Origin: Raillietiella orientalis
Lineage: Eukaryota
Length of the DNA stretch: 64,000 nucleotides
Assembly: GCA_036172245.1 (NCBI GenBank)
Contig: JAYWIR010000054.1
Location: 558,001-622,000, forward strand
Direction: 5' to 3'
In this document: in pieces, positions 50,083 to 63,640 of the stretch
Layout: each line of letters starts with the position of its first letter
How positions within the stretch are numbered: the first letter of the stretch is position 1
The notes under the pieces: generated by a model
What the model saw: the letters and a program-made list of their open reading frames with translations, nothing else
Told to the model about the DNA's origin: nothing
Database searches by the model: none
Position numbers and translations under genes: made by a program

Positions 50083-51328
50083 ATGCAGCCAGATGAACCA
50101 ACCAAGGCCATAACGATATCAGTAGTGTCAATATTTGGAGCATGTTGCCTGAACGTTGCCCTCTTAGAAATGCTGATTAAGTAGGTATTGGACTGTTCCA
50201 TGTTAGTGTACATTTACTTTCAAGAGAGGCTCCCGGAAGTGCAAACATTATTACATTTTCTCAGTTCCTATTTGTAGCGTTACATGGATTTATTTTTACA
50301 AGTAAATTTGAAACATTCCAACCAAAAATTGCACGCAAGTGAGGAAATCATTGTTTTGCCTGATGTAGTTTTCACGTTTTCCCTAGAGAATATTTGCGTC
50401 TCATTTGCTTATATTTCTTGGTTAGTGTGTCCAATAATTATGCCCTTACATTTGACATTCCGATGCCTCTGCATATGATCTTCAAGTCGGTAAGCCATTG
50501 ACGCAATGAATCAATGAGAAGCTTTTAGGGATCTCTTGTGGCCAATCTAATCCTTGGAGTTATTTTGCTGAAGAACAGATATTCTTGGAACAAATATTTC
50601 GGTGTTATCATGATAACATCAGGAGTGATAGTCTGCACTATAGCTTCCACAGCACAGAAATCTATCACGCAACATGATCAAAGACCAGTAGATGTTCTTA
50701 GCTGGGCAGCAGGTAGGCAGCTGAAAATGAAAAAGCTCTCAAAAGCAACTAGGTATCTTTCTGATGACTTTTGCTCTTTTTTTGGGTTCATATATGGGTA
50801 TTTGTCAGGAAACTATGTATAAAAAGCATGGTAAACATTCTGAGGAGGCATTATATTATACGGTGAGTCCTTGTTGAGTCCTTAACTTCTGTTCCATTTT
50901 TTTTTTTTTCCAGCACCTTCTTCCCCTACCGGGCTTTTTTCTGCTCTACCAAGATATTTGGAATCATGTTCTCATCTTCAATGCTTCCTCTCCTGTCTTA
51001 AAATCATTTGTTCCATATCTGTGGCTGCTGTTATTGTTCAATGTGATAACTCAGTAAGAAGCCATGTTTTAATCATCACTATATCTGTATTTTCTCCAGA
51101 TACATTTGTGTTTCGTCAGTTTTTCGACTGTCTACTTTAGTGTCATCTTTGTCAGTTAATTTGGTGGTCACGTTGAGGAAATTTATTAGTTTGATGCTGT
51201 CAGTTCTTTATTTTGGGAATGCATTCACAATGCAGCATTGGTTTGGTACAGCTCTAGTATTCTTTGGTACATTTATATACCTACATCCTGGAAAACCTCC
51301 ATCACCAGTACATATCAAGAAGCATTAA
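50083..51328 (+). CDS. SLC35B4: UDP-xylose/UDP-GlcNAc nucleotide-sugar transporter (SLC35B4/YEA4 family), 325 aa. Exons 50083-50180, 50225-50338, 50387-50489, 50529-50712, 50753-50862, 50914-51053, 51100-51328
   Basis: The splice gives one open frame with family motifs GACCLNV, NIITFSQFLFV, VSNNYAL..DIPMPLHMIFKSGSLVANLILG, MGICQETMYKKHGKHSEEALYY.HLLPLPGF and LVVTLRKFISL..SVLYFGNAFT.QHWFGT. All six introns are GT-AG. Confidence 0.95.
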
Positions 51329-54300
51329 GATGGGATTCTTGTTGTTACTGTTGACAATACTGGTGTGAACAATTTGGTTATTAGGAAGGCGTTTGTTTAA
51401 GTCATTTAGTATGTGATTTTGCCAGATCAGAGGCATAAATAATCTGATAATACGGGTTGTGTGTATCATGATGTGTATCAGTAATAAAGAAAATCCATTT
51501 GTAAGTTTAAAATTTAGATTTCCACATGCAAGCATAAGCCATGACTGGCAAATCAATTCAGTTTACTCTGTTCCAAGTTCTGTACAGTTTTATCATGGTT
51601 CAAGAACCATGCATAAATGTGGATAACCTAGCTGAAGCCAGCAAGGCCAGATGCTACTAGCAGACAAATTTCTCAAATATTGTGGACTGTGATTTGCTGA
51701 GATGTCAGCAAAATATGTGAATTGTGTGGTTTGATGAATAAGCATGTCAGAAAGGGTAGGGTGACCCGTTGGTAAGCTGAGCACATTGGAAGGAATGCTT
51801 CATATGTGCTTAGTAACGTGTGATCTGGTTTTTTGTTCCTTGAGGAAAGTTCTTTGAGGAATTTCCACATGTGCACACAATATAAGATGGTCTAAGTTTG
51901 ATGGAACAGGTTTGGAAAAATGCAAGCAACCATTCAAGCCATCCGAATATCCAGAATCATGCGAGGCTCTCGATTGTTTTTCTTCATTTCTTGTAGTGCT
52001 TTTGTTGGAAATCTCGACGACACCCAAAAATAAAGAAGATATTCCAAAACCGGTTGAAAATTCAAGTGGGGATGGTCAGTGCAACCTAAAAAGCACCAGA
52101 TGCTGAATACAAAGACATTGAAGATACGGTGTTCGTACATATGAGATTATGGAATTGTAAAGTGTTTGTGAAATTTGCAAGTCCCAGGGCATCGCGTAAC
52201 ACAGGAAAGGCCATAATGTGCATCGTGTAATAATAATACACCAAAATGTTGGGATGGAGTTCTATGTGTACAGGTCTTGTATGCTGCAGTGCATAATTGA
52301 GGGCCCTATCAGAGAGTGGTGCATGAAATTCGCAGCCATAAAACATAGTTAGTGGAAAATTGCATCGTAATGGAAAATATCAATCAATTTGAGGCAGTGG
52401 GCAATTTCTGATGCAAACACATCCCTGAAGCTAGAACCAAATGTGCTTTTTCTGGGGTGAAATGCTTAGGAGCTTTCACGGGTGTCCTTGAATTTTTATT
52501 AAGTAATAAACGACTTTGAACGATTTCAGTTGAGCCGGAAAAAGCTGTTCTAGCGATCACAAAGCAGAATTAAAAACAACAACATTACTTAAAAGATGCC
52601 TTTCAAGGAAGGCAGTGAACGGGTGTTTTCACGTTAGCATGGTTTCCCAGTTGACTTGATTTCAAATTACCGAGTGCTTCAAAACCCTCCGAAGCAACCG
52701 AAAGTGCGTTGACAGATGCGATGCGAAAGTGTTTAGAGGAAATTCCCGTGGTTACTTTGCGGGAGAAGAACTCCAGGGATTAAAGCCAAAGCTGACAAAT
52801 TGGTACAACCACTGGCATTCGCGCAGGTTGTTCGTGATGGTCACCTTGGAGACATCGCCATCGGTCTTCTGTAAGCGTGCCGTGTAGGTACAGATGCTTC
52901 TTTCGGAGCAACGTCTTTCGCTGCTCTGCTGTAGAGACCGGCGCCATTCCATTGCTTGTTCCTCACAGACGTTCCCATGATTTTCTTAGCGGAGAACCTT
53001 TTCAAATCTTGGAAATCCTTGATCTCCTCTTTGAGCTCTCTCTTTTTTTTTCCCCTCCGTGGGACTTCGGAGAGGAAAATAAGTAAGTATATCTCGCAAT
53101 GCTGTTCATCATGCATTCATCTCAGGGTTGTCACTGATGCCGCTGCATTTTTCTTTTCCCCGGGTCTCCTCATCATTTGTGAATTTTTCTCTCTCTTTCT
53201 GTATTCAGCCTGCACTCAACTGCCCGACTGCCCGGTCTTCCCACAGCTGGTCCTTCCAAGACCAGTGTGTGATCTACTGGCCTCCTCCAGAAGACATCCC
53301 GAGAGGAGTTCTGTGTGCAGTCGTGCCCGCGACTGGTTTCCGGGAGCTCATCAGCCCCGATCTTTGCGGTTCTCTCGAGGGGACGGTTTCCGTAACTTTC
53401 TGCTGGTCCTTCTGCATCCGTGCGACCTGACAGAAGAGGGTGAAATTTTCGACTCGGTTATCTTCGCAAACTTCCCTGGAGTTGGCTTCCTCTTTCTCTG
53501 ACTTTTTGAAGCCCTCGAAAAATTGACTGCCTCTCCTGACACCCTCAAGATACGAAAAAACTGCAAAACGATACCATAGGATTCACATCGGCTGCTTCCC
53601 GCCAAGTAGCAGAGTTACCAAACACACAGCAACGCGTTATGGTGGTACAAAGTTCTGTTTTGTTTTTAAGGTTGCAGAAAACCTCTCATACCGAGGACAG
53701 TCAGATGCTTCAGAAATCAAGGCAAATATGTTTGCATCTCCCAGGTGCAAAATCGGAGGGGAGGCACGCACGCGTGCTGCTTATTACAAGTACGACCACG
53801 GTTGCAAAATGAGCTTATGGGTCTGTGACTTGTTCTTCGAAGAATCTGCTCGCATGTGAAGCACAAAACATCCACTTCAAATAGTTAATTGAGCTTGACT
53901 TGCCATGAAACCAAGTCAAAATGAATGGGAATACCTATGGGGACCGATGACATGTCTAAGCAGCTCGATGATTATGAGATAACGAAGGCCTTTTTGTGAT
54001 GCAGATGCATTTTCTAAACCCCGTTGCATTGTGTTCGGTAAGCGTCACTATCGGAATACTTTGGAGATTGGCATTGCAGAATAGAAGAGCTTCCGTTCCA
54101 ATAACAAATAATTCCAATTACAGTGCTCCTCGATTAGGAATCGGTGCAAACTGGCGGAATGCATCCTTCTATCCTCGTCGTCGAAAAAATACATCCCCTC
54201 GTCCTGGAAAAATACAAGAAATCCTGTTGAAACAGTATTTCCTGAAAGAACACCTGACTATCATGCAAATGCACCTTTCTCTAACTTTAGATGTTACCTC

Positions 54301-55155
54301 AAACTACAAAAGTCAAAGTTACCAATGGGGGGGGGGCACCGCTTCACGCTAATTTATCCAAATAATCTCCGATGTTGCACGAGGTCAGAAACGTCTCCTC
54401 GAGCATAACTGGGATGATATTGATGCATGGCTTAAGAGATGATGTGCGATTCTGAAGTTAAGAAGATACAGGTCAAAAGTGTTATCAAGTTAAAAAGATC
54501 AGGTTATGGAACACGGATTTTTTTGTCGGCACGAATTTCATAAAAGTAGGTATGTGCATTCGTGCGTCCTCATGAGAAAGGACACGTCTCCAGGGTCGGT
54601 CAGCACCGAGGGTGGGGGACGCACTGCTTCTGGTCCACTCAGCGCTTCCATCGCGTAGAGGGAAAAAAAGTGCAGCCCAACTGTTGGTCAAACAGATTTT
54701 TTCGAGAAATTATTTTGAGCTCCAACTCATCTGGTAAGCTTGGCCGGAATTGAGTAGGTGTCCCCCTGCATAATGCGACGAGGAAATTGAGACAGCCGTC
54801 GTTTAACGCGGAAGATCAGCTCCGAGGATCCGACTCCGCGGACAGATTTTGATCCTATGGAACAGTTTTCAAGAACACCGTGATCGTAGGAGTTTGGCTT
54901 CCATTTTATTCACATTCTCTGGGTGAAATAGCGCAGTAAGATGCGTTTTTCGACAACGAGAATGACAGGGCCGAGAACGGAGGTTGATTGTGGCATTACT
55001 TGGGTTTTGGCTAAAAACCAACGAAGTTTTCTAAAAGCTTTGTTTCTTTCCTTTTCACCTTACGTCAAACAGCGAACGAGCGCTTTCAACTTTGTTTTCA
55101 TTTTGAAGTGAGATAATGAATATTCCGCTGTTTTTCACCCGAATGCGCCGGGGCG

Positions 55156-55870
55156 TTTATTGCTAAACTATCCGAGGACAAAAGTTCCCAGACAAAGGGT
55201 ACGGAGGTACGGAGGAAAGGATTCCCGACACGCAGGTCTGTAAAACCGGAACGGGAGGGAGGGGACCACAAATACATATATAAAAAAGGATATGGTGGTG
55301 GTGTGTGTGGGGGGGGGGGGTTGGCGACAGGAATCTTTGGCTTCGGATGTTCCTTCCTTTCAGAACTGGCGTTGGATGTCGAAAACCCCTTTTCTCACTT
55401 CTTCTTGAAGATGAAGCTACCTGGCGGCCGTCGTCATGTCGTCGGCTAAACCGATGACCTCTCGAAAAATCGCCTGCAACTCCAACTGGAGGCGGGTCTT
55501 GTCGATGGCGCGGATGCAACAGATCGTTGCGACAACCACACCTAACAACAGGTCGCCTGGCGTGAAGAAGCGGCGCATGAAATCCCCTGCGGTGTCCCCC
55601 TGGAGCAGGAGAGCTGAGGCCATCCTCCGTCACAGTCTTTGGAGGGCACTGCAGTCCAGGAGCAGGTGCGGGAGCGTTTCTGCTTCTCCGCACCTTTTAC
55701 AGTTCGGGGAGGAAACTCCCCCGGAAACAGCGTTGCTACGCTGGTTGCAATGGAAACCCCAATGCACCAGCAAGAGCACGTCCTGCCCCCATGGAAGGGG
55801 GAACACAGAAGTGTCCACGCACGAGGGAGGGACAACAAGTTCTTCGGGGGAGCACACTCTTATTCCGCTG
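55156..55870 (-). mobile_element. L1/Tx1-like ORF2 C-terminus + 3' UTR
   Basis: LLLVHWGFHCNQRSNAVSGGVSSPNCKRCGEAETLPHLLLDC is a clear zf-RVT finger, followed by an in-frame TGA, continued coding-like sequence, a UTR and minus-strand AATAAA near 55160. Confidence 0.8.
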
Positions 55871-56333
55871 TCATGATGTTTAAGATACATCGTACGTCTT
55901 TTACAGATACCATCGTACTTATCCGTGAACAACCCTTAGGGTTCATATAACGCAGATTCGTAAAAGTGGAATGACTCCCCCGCATTAAACGGGAGCCTCT
56001 TGTGTTTTCGCGGACCACGAATCAGAAAATTCAAAGATTGAAGATAACTATGTGGTTAACACGCACATTAGCGTTTGCATGTTATAAATGCTGGAAAGAA
56101 AGCAGCACGAGTGGGAATCCCTTTGTTCCATATTTTCGTTTCAAATCCATCGAGAGTAAGAGGCAAAGCATCGTTTCTGCACATTCCTTCCTGCAACGAC
56201 ACGCTATGAGGATATTCCTACTGATGGTGACAACGAAATGATTATCTGAAATGGATTCTGGCAGAGCAACGCGTCGCGGAGCGGTGGCTGAGCTCTAACA
56301 GCTGACCGAGCAGTTGGGAACGTCCATTAACGC

Positions 56334-56903
56334 CTAAAATCCGGAGGTTGCACTGCCGAAAGAGCACAGTTGAGCACGGAATGAGTTCCCGGATGCCAGA
56401 AACGATGAGCCACCCGGCCGCTGTCTCAACCCTACCCAGCTGCAGCTGATGAAACCGTCCAGCTGGAAGCCGAGTTGCAGCCCAGCGTGTGTAAGAGGGA
56501 GAGTGGACGCGAGGAGAAACAGCACGACATACAGGGAGAACGCAAGGATGCGACCCCTGCGTGCTTCCCGGTCTCTGAGACTCGCTCGTCTTCGATATGG
56601 GGTCGTCCTTGAGAGAGGAGTAGGTGCCTCGTTTGTGGGCGCAGCTCCTTGCGAGGACGTACCTTCTCCGCGGTGGTCTTTCCTTGGGTTCTCAGGTAGC
56701 AGGGTGCATCCGGTCAGAAACCTCGCGTGACCACTCCACCTGGAGTGGGGACACCCTTTCACAAGTCGAGGATAGCATTGGCAGGAATCTGGAGGTAACA
56801 CGGTGGAGTATGACGTATTGAAGGGATGGAGAGATGATTCCCTAAGACCACGGAAGAGAGGGATGGCAGGATCCTGTTGCCAGGTGGCACAAAGACGTGG
56901 CAA
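56334..56903 (-). mobile_element. Decayed L1-type reverse transcriptase core
   Basis: One frame retains the RT landmarks in order: LVKGCPHS (QGCPLS), ILAFSLYVVLFL (LAYADDVVLFL, catalytic DD lost), HAGLQLG (ASGLxLN). Confidence 0.55.
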
Positions 56904-58410
56904 AATAGGTGGGGATTACGTGTAAGAATGACGTTTTCCATATGAAGATCCGTACGTCGAATCCTAAATTGGACAAAACGTCAGTAACCTTCTCACACCT
57001 TGCATTCACTGTGCAGGGAAGCTGAAAATTGTCAGCTGTTGGCCTTTGGGAGCACGAATGATGGAATTGCAAATACCGTCAGGAGAGCTTAATTGGGAGA
57101 GCTATAGAGGATAGGACGGAGTAGCGGAAGAGCACGCAATGTTAATTAATCAATTATTAATTGCATTGCATCCTCAGCAACGGATGCGACCAATGGAAGT
57201 GTCTGTTCTAATTATCACAGGGGCAATGCGGGTGGCAACAGTAAATTAAGCTCGAGGAGATCAGCAAATAAGTGTCTGTGGCATTCAAGTCAGCAACACT
57301 TAAGCTGTCTGAGAAGTGCGCCTAATTAAAAAAAAGTTCAGAGACAAAAAAAAAAATATGGCCGGAAGTGTGCTTTCTTTTACTGAAAATTGGGCGGAAC
57401 TCTTCACCTTCCAATGCGACTGCCACGCATGGCAAAAAGCCATTCATCTGCAGCGTCCGAATTATTGGGGGGGAACCGAACTTTTCAGTTGGTTACTGAC
57501 TGCTTCCACCGCAGCCCCTCTCTTGCACGAGGAAGCGGGAATAACGGATGCTCCCGACCTCGCGCCTTCAGTGCTTGAGAGCAGATTCACCCACGGGCAC
57601 ATCACGCCGAAGATTCTCTCTACCCCACAAGAACAGTCGCGGGAACACCTCCAAGAGCTGCCCGCCAACGATCCGGGACTGATTGGGAACGCAAAGTCCC
57701 GGGATGAAAACAGCTCGCAGCTGGATCCAGACGACGTGATTCCCGACGCCGGCTTTCGCGTGAAACGGGAGCATCAGAGGACTGCGAATTTCCAGGGGTG
57801 CCACACTGTTAACGGGCCGTACTCCGGACAGGCCTTCCAGAAGGTGAGCTCGGTGTTCCAACTCGCCCCCCTCCCCCATCAATGTGCTTGCAGCACGAAA
57901 TCAGGCCGATTACTTTCGTGCCCCTCTAAAGTGATGGGGTGCATATTCTGCACCGTTCGTTTTTGGCCCTTCACGATACCAAACACATGAATTGAACCCA
58001 AGCGTTCCTTCAATGAAAGGCAGTTCCCTTCGGTGGACCATTTCAAGCTACAGGACTGGCGGCCTACATGCATCAGATGTTTGATGGTAGCATTTCTTGA
58101 TGGGAGAGGAGGAGGGGCACAAACCGAGGCAATAAAGTGCAACATGGTACTTCAAACGGAAGTGTATTTCAATTATTCAGCTACAAGCATAGTATATGCA
58201 AACAGAAAGCAGTGTAAACGACTTCCAGCTGATTATAAAAGGTTAATGTCAACGGAAATTCGTCAGTTTGCACAAGAAAAAGATCCTTTTTTTTTTTTTT
58301 TGGTTTTCCCTCCTACTCCCTCCAGCCCTCCAGCTGGATGCCTCTGGTTCCAGCTTCACTTGTGAACACGATTCAGAAACTGAAAAGCTACTGTCAGATA
58401 ACATTGAAAA

Positions 58411-60226
58411 CTACTTTGTATGGATTGAATACTGGTATGCATGAAATGGGCTGGAGTAAGGAGACAAGTGCCATCGATCTCCAAATAATTTCCGGAAACT
58501 GGAGCGATTCGATATTCAAATTTCAAATGCAATTTCTACATACAATGTGCGGATGCCGGATTCCGATCGTTTCCAGGGGGCATCATCTGGTTCTCTGGGC
58601 AAAGGCCCCTGCACAGCTGCTTCGACTTCACCAAGCACAGGCGACTCACCACTGCTGACATGAGAAACAACCCTCAAAAGTGTCCGACTTCTCACTGGCT
58701 TGTCTCCTGAGACTGGAAACGTTCCAAATCCTCTTGCAGTTCCTGAACACCCAGTTCACTTGGATGCTCTTGAATGATATCTCGAAGTTCATCAAAGGAA
58801 AAGCAAGTTTGTTCTGCATCAGCAGGATTCTGATCTCTCTTCACAGGAGTGAATCCCTAATCCAACACTGAAGAGTTTTGACACACAGCATTTACTGACC
58901 TGATTTTGTATCACATCCTCCCTATCCTTGTGCAACAAGCTAAGTTCTTTGTTCAAAAGGTGGCACTGGTGAATCTGCTGCTGCAGTTGAAGTTGTAAAG
59001 CAGCTTTCTCTTCAATGAGTATCTTGGCTTGATTCTGAAAGATTTGTTTCTTGCGTCTTATCTCTTGCTTCTGTTGAATGCACTCAGACAAACTCAGCTG
59101 CAACTGAATATGGCTGTCAGGCAAAAATTCGATTCCTGTGTTCATCCCAATGCAAGCAGGAATGGGATGAGCCATCATTGCGAGGACAACTTACATTCTC
59201 AATAGCTGAAGTTTGCTGCTCTATCTGTTCCTCCAATTTATGAATTTGCTCCCTCTGCCGTTCTCCAGAAATTTGCAAGTGGACCAGGGCTTCCATATCC
59301 ACATCCCTATAGTGAACTTCTGTAGCATAGAGCTTTGCCACATGCTACAGCATCGAACCTTGACTTTGGCCCTTCCTTTCTTCCAGTTCCTGAAGCAACT
59401 TCCTATTCTCAGTCTGGAGCTTCTCCATTATGGCCATTAAATCTTGGGTCTCTTTTTTCCAGTTTTCCTCCAAGCTGTCCAATTCCTATCACCAGAACTG
59501 TGAAAATCTCACCAGTCCTATCAACAATCAACAACATGAATGATCCTTAATCATTCATATTGTTGACAATTCACATTTTTCTTTGGATTAACAATATCGG
59601 ATAGACAGGATTTACAGCAGCACGTCCTTGAAATTCTAAAATTTATTAAAGAAAAGGGCTTTCACAGCAATCATTTGACTTTAAAGTGAAAACTCTTACG
59701 TATCACTGCGCTAGAGAAAAATAAAACCTGGAAAATCCACGGACGTTTCGATTTCTGGAGCACAACCTCTCCAGGAATTTCAAACAATTCTGTAATAATA
59801 GCATTTCAAAACCACTTTCGATCTACAATGTGATTATAGTTACGTTACACCGCCTACAGAATGCAATTTACAACTGATGTACACAACATCCATAACTGTT
59901 TGACCAAGCATGAATTCAATTAAAAAGGTATTACTAACCTTCTCAAGTCGTTTACACGTTTCCGTTTTTTCATCCTTTTCCTGCTGAACCCTCGACAACT
60001 TTGTTGTAAGTTCTTGGACAAAATAGTCTTCTTTTTCGTGAAATATTGCAAATGATTCCAACTGCTCCAAAATAAGAATAACTTTGGGCATGAGGTTTTT
60101 TATGCATGTTTCTCCATTCTCCTCTATCATAAAAACGATATCTTTGCCTATATCGGCTGCAATATCGTACACGTTTGCTACTGTTACATGAGGGTACAAC
60201 TGTGACTGATCCAGCAGCACTTCCAT
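58411..60226 (-). CDS. RILPL: RILP-like protein (Rab effector/dynein adaptor), 367 aa. Exons 60226-59939, 59485-59359, 59319-59195, 59103-58900, 58856-58696, 58654-58544, 58498-58411
   Basis: RH1 motif VTVANVYDIAADIGKD...G...IKNLMPKVILILEQLE, then coiled coil ELDSLEENWKKETQDL and RH2-like FSFDELRDIIQE. The C-terminus VQGPLPREPDDAPWKRSESGIRTFFRKLF resembles arthropod Rilpl. GT-AG introns with consistent phases. Confidence 0.92.
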
Positions 60227-63200
60227 GGAGGTGCAGGTCAACTTTATGGATGTACGGGTCAAACTAAACGCACGGCCTTGGGCTGTGATCACCAGGATTT
60301 CAGAAAGCACATCACACTGCACCCATAATCATCGTGGTGATTTCTACTGCACAAATCATCAAAGAGGACACCGGTGAACTGTGGGCCGCCTTTACTCTTC
60401 GTAATTTGAAAAACTGCTCCATACACTTCGAGAACACTTGCAGATGCCAGAAAGCATCCAAAAACCTGGTTGACTGCAATGCAGGAGTGACCACGCGCCT
60501 CTGCAGCCACTTGGACTCTTCCCCGTTGCTGAGGGCCTCCTGATCAACGCTGGACCCGAATCTCAGGGTGGCCAACTTCGCAGGCAGACCTCTAAAGGAA
60601 TGACTCAAATCATCGAGCGCGATGCAGATGCTTCCGTCTGCAGATGGCACTCGGCGATTTATCCAGACAAAACAAACAAACAAACACACGCGCAGGGAAA
60701 AAAGGAAAAAAGGGCATTCCGTCATGTTATCTCGGTTTCCGCAGCTTGACAAAGAACTGAAGGAAACGCATGTGGGCAACACCCACCACTTTACAAAAAA
60801 GGCCTTTTGGTCTATACAACTTCGGGGCTGTTAGCCAGACGAGTGACTCATTGCTGTACCGTGGCCCTCTCTTCAATCTTGCTCAGCAGACATTCACAAC
60901 ACGGATGTACATACAGGAATATACATTTTCGATTATTGTTCTATTGTGTACAGTCGTTTTTACCTAGCCTGGTCGCGCTCAAACTCGACTTCTTCAGGAA
61001 GGGAATTCTTTGCCCGGACAAGTGTTCGAGATGAACACTCAAGTTGCTGCAGAAACGTAAAACCAGAGAGATCGGCTGTTCTTGCATGCATAATCGATTG
61101 AGTTGTTATCTGGTTAAATTTCGCGCCGTTCACAGAAAATTTCAGCGGACCGAAGATTTTGTTTTATTCAGTTGATTAATCTCGTTGCTGAAGGGACGGA
61201 TTTCAAAATGAAATCGAATGAAATAAAACGAAGCAGAAATGTATCGATACCACTGAATTTTGCTGATTTTTTTTTTTTTTCCTCTTCCAAGCTGCTTGCT
61301 GACTTTTTTGAAGCGGTTGCGAACCTAAAAAATTTGGAATACAAAATGCACATCTTTTAGCACTCCATGAAACAAATGAGTGCGTTCAAGAAATCGTCCT
61401 TGCTACCTGGGTGCATTTAAGACCGAGCATCCATTAACATAAATTTCGATTCATTTTGCTAAAGGGTGTGGTCATCATCTTTTGCACTCAGAAAATGTTT
61501 AGATTTATCATTCTGCACTCCTCCCAACACCTGGTGCATAAATTGAAAGCACAATGCAGGATATAGTTGTCGGCGATGATGTTTTTTTTTTCCTTCTCTG
61601 GATGCGACCGGTCTTCCCTTTTCCTTACGTCCTGATTTAATTTTCATTTACGCAGCTGTTGGTTTTCGTTCATGAAAAAGATTTCTTCATCCTGAGGAAT
61701 TTTCGTTCCTTTGAAGATAAGTCGACACCCATCGCCCTAAATATTAACACGGACATTTTGTTGGACTACTGCCGTGAAATCCAGAGTTGGCGATCGCAAT
61801 GAAGTTGCCATTCGAGTAGATGATGACGGATAAAAAAAAATTGCAAGATCTTTTATACTATATTAAAAACCAAAGCTCATATAAAGGTTGCAAACAGCCT
61901 GGCATGTCCGATGCTCGTCTCCTCCGAACAGGCAGAAAAGCAACGGATAAAAGGCAGCCATTTCGGTGTTTAACGTTCCCTCGAAAACCGTTCGTTCTTG
62001 ATGTCTTTTTCGTCGAAATGTAGATCGGAAATTTCTATTTGAGGGATTTTTTTTTTCCCCAGAAATATAAATTTTCAAGTAGCCGATTCTGCCTTTCTTT
62101 CTTTGCGTCTTCAGCCATTGAACTTTCGTCCAAACAGTATGAAGGAGGTGACACAGCAGAGCTCGAGGGACGTTTCCAAGAGGCGGGCGGTTCTCGAGTC
62201 TCTTAGCGAGCCCAAAGGGGATTTCAATTAAAAAAAAAAAAAAAAGTTTAAATGCGTACACCGACTTTTAATGTGAAATTCTCACATCGTTTTGCAGATT
62301 TACACCGAGAACTCTTATTTTTCAAGTCTTACACGAGATGTTTCGGAATTCGCATCAAGCTCTTCTATTCCTTCTTCGTTCCAATCTCAACACGTGAAAA
62401 ATCAACCTCTCAGCTCGGCCGTAGTTTTCACAAAGGTTTCTTCCACACGTACATTCTTCCATTTTGCCGTTTTCCTCAGCAGCAGGTGTTGCTGGAGTCT
62501 GAGCGATTGCCATTAATCGAATTCTGCAGTTCCGTGTACCCCATGTCATGGGAGCGCCTCGTGACACGGGAGCCCATCGGACTCATTACCACCAACCCCA
62601 TTTTCTTGCTCGAATGATGTGCTTTTGTGCTAATTCCTTCCTAAGGTGCTGAGCTGATTTTCAGCCGGACCGTGGGGTCACTGAGAAACGGAAGAAAATT
62701 ATCCCACCGTGGACGACTCTGCATGGGAAAGGGATGATGGCCAGTGAGAAAAGCTAAGAACCTTCCACGACGCAGAGGTCACGCATCTCATTTTTGCACT
62801 CGGAAGCACCCTCGTGGCAACGCAAACTCCAACACACCTCCGTACTTCTCAAGGTAGAAGACTTGGAATTCGAAATTCACTTTATCGCTTCCAAGTGATT
62901 TCCTGTCAGCGGATCAATCCACCCCCGCCTCATCTCACGTATCCAAGAATTTCTCGGCCGATTTTCTAAACAGAGACCTCTGCGACTTCAACACCAACAC
63001 TGAGTGATTAAGAACTTGAAGAAGGGGCTGAAAAGCCGTTACGAAGAAACTTGCTCAGTAAATAAGATGCAAGCGGGTCCATTTTCTTTCACGCTGCTGC
63101 CCAGTTCTCACCCGAATTATGTTGCTCTGTACATTCTCGCAGTTTCTGTTCAAATAGCGCGTTCCAAAAGAACCTATATGCCCATTAGCTGGGAACATGC

Positions 63201-63329
63201 AGGAATCTTCTTGCCTGGATGGCCACAAATCAACTGCACGAGGACTTCACGAAGCCAGTAAAACTGCAGGCAGGAAAAGGACACTTTTTTTTTCTCTTTG
63301 AGGGGAAGGTGTGCATTTCTTGCCTTTTA

Positions 63330-63640
63330 TGGATGCCCCCGCGAGCTGCGGATGAATGCTCATTGGATCGGACGTCGGCTGCGCCTGCTGCTCGCCGAGC
63401 ACGTGAGAAATGCTCTTCAGCAGACGCGGATGTCCGGAACCGGCGAAGAGCGAATGCCGATCCCTCGCCCACACCTCCTCCACTGGTCTCTCTGGGAGCC
63501 GGGAGGGAACGGCGTCGCGCGGGTTGGGGAGCGCCAGTGCACGCGTGCCGGCGGCGGGTTCTGGAGACGGGAGTGGATCGGGATGAGCCGACGGGAAGAG
63601 GAAGACGATTTTCGCACGGTTGCGGGGACAATCAAACCGT
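63330..63640 (+). mobile_element. Possible degenerate L1-like RT C-terminal fragment
   Basis: HWSLWEPGGNGVARVGERQCTRAGGGFW resembles 'FLW....RVA...L..P...GGLG'. Confidence 0.35.

Noticed and set aside
49560..50213. 217-aa minus-strand ORF overlapping the SLC35B4 start
   Set aside because: It runs through simple repeats and is antisense to a well-supported exon; no domain similarity.
52841..53605. Minus frame interrupted only by TGA codons (readthrough, selenocysteine or recoding)
   Set aside because: TGA is common in off-frames, no recognisable protein results, and the three well-supported genes translate normally with the standard code.
60795..60815. GGCCTTTTGG as a third U2 fragment
   Set aside because: Only ~10 nt match, part of an AAAAGGCCTTTT palindrome; the flanks do not match U2.
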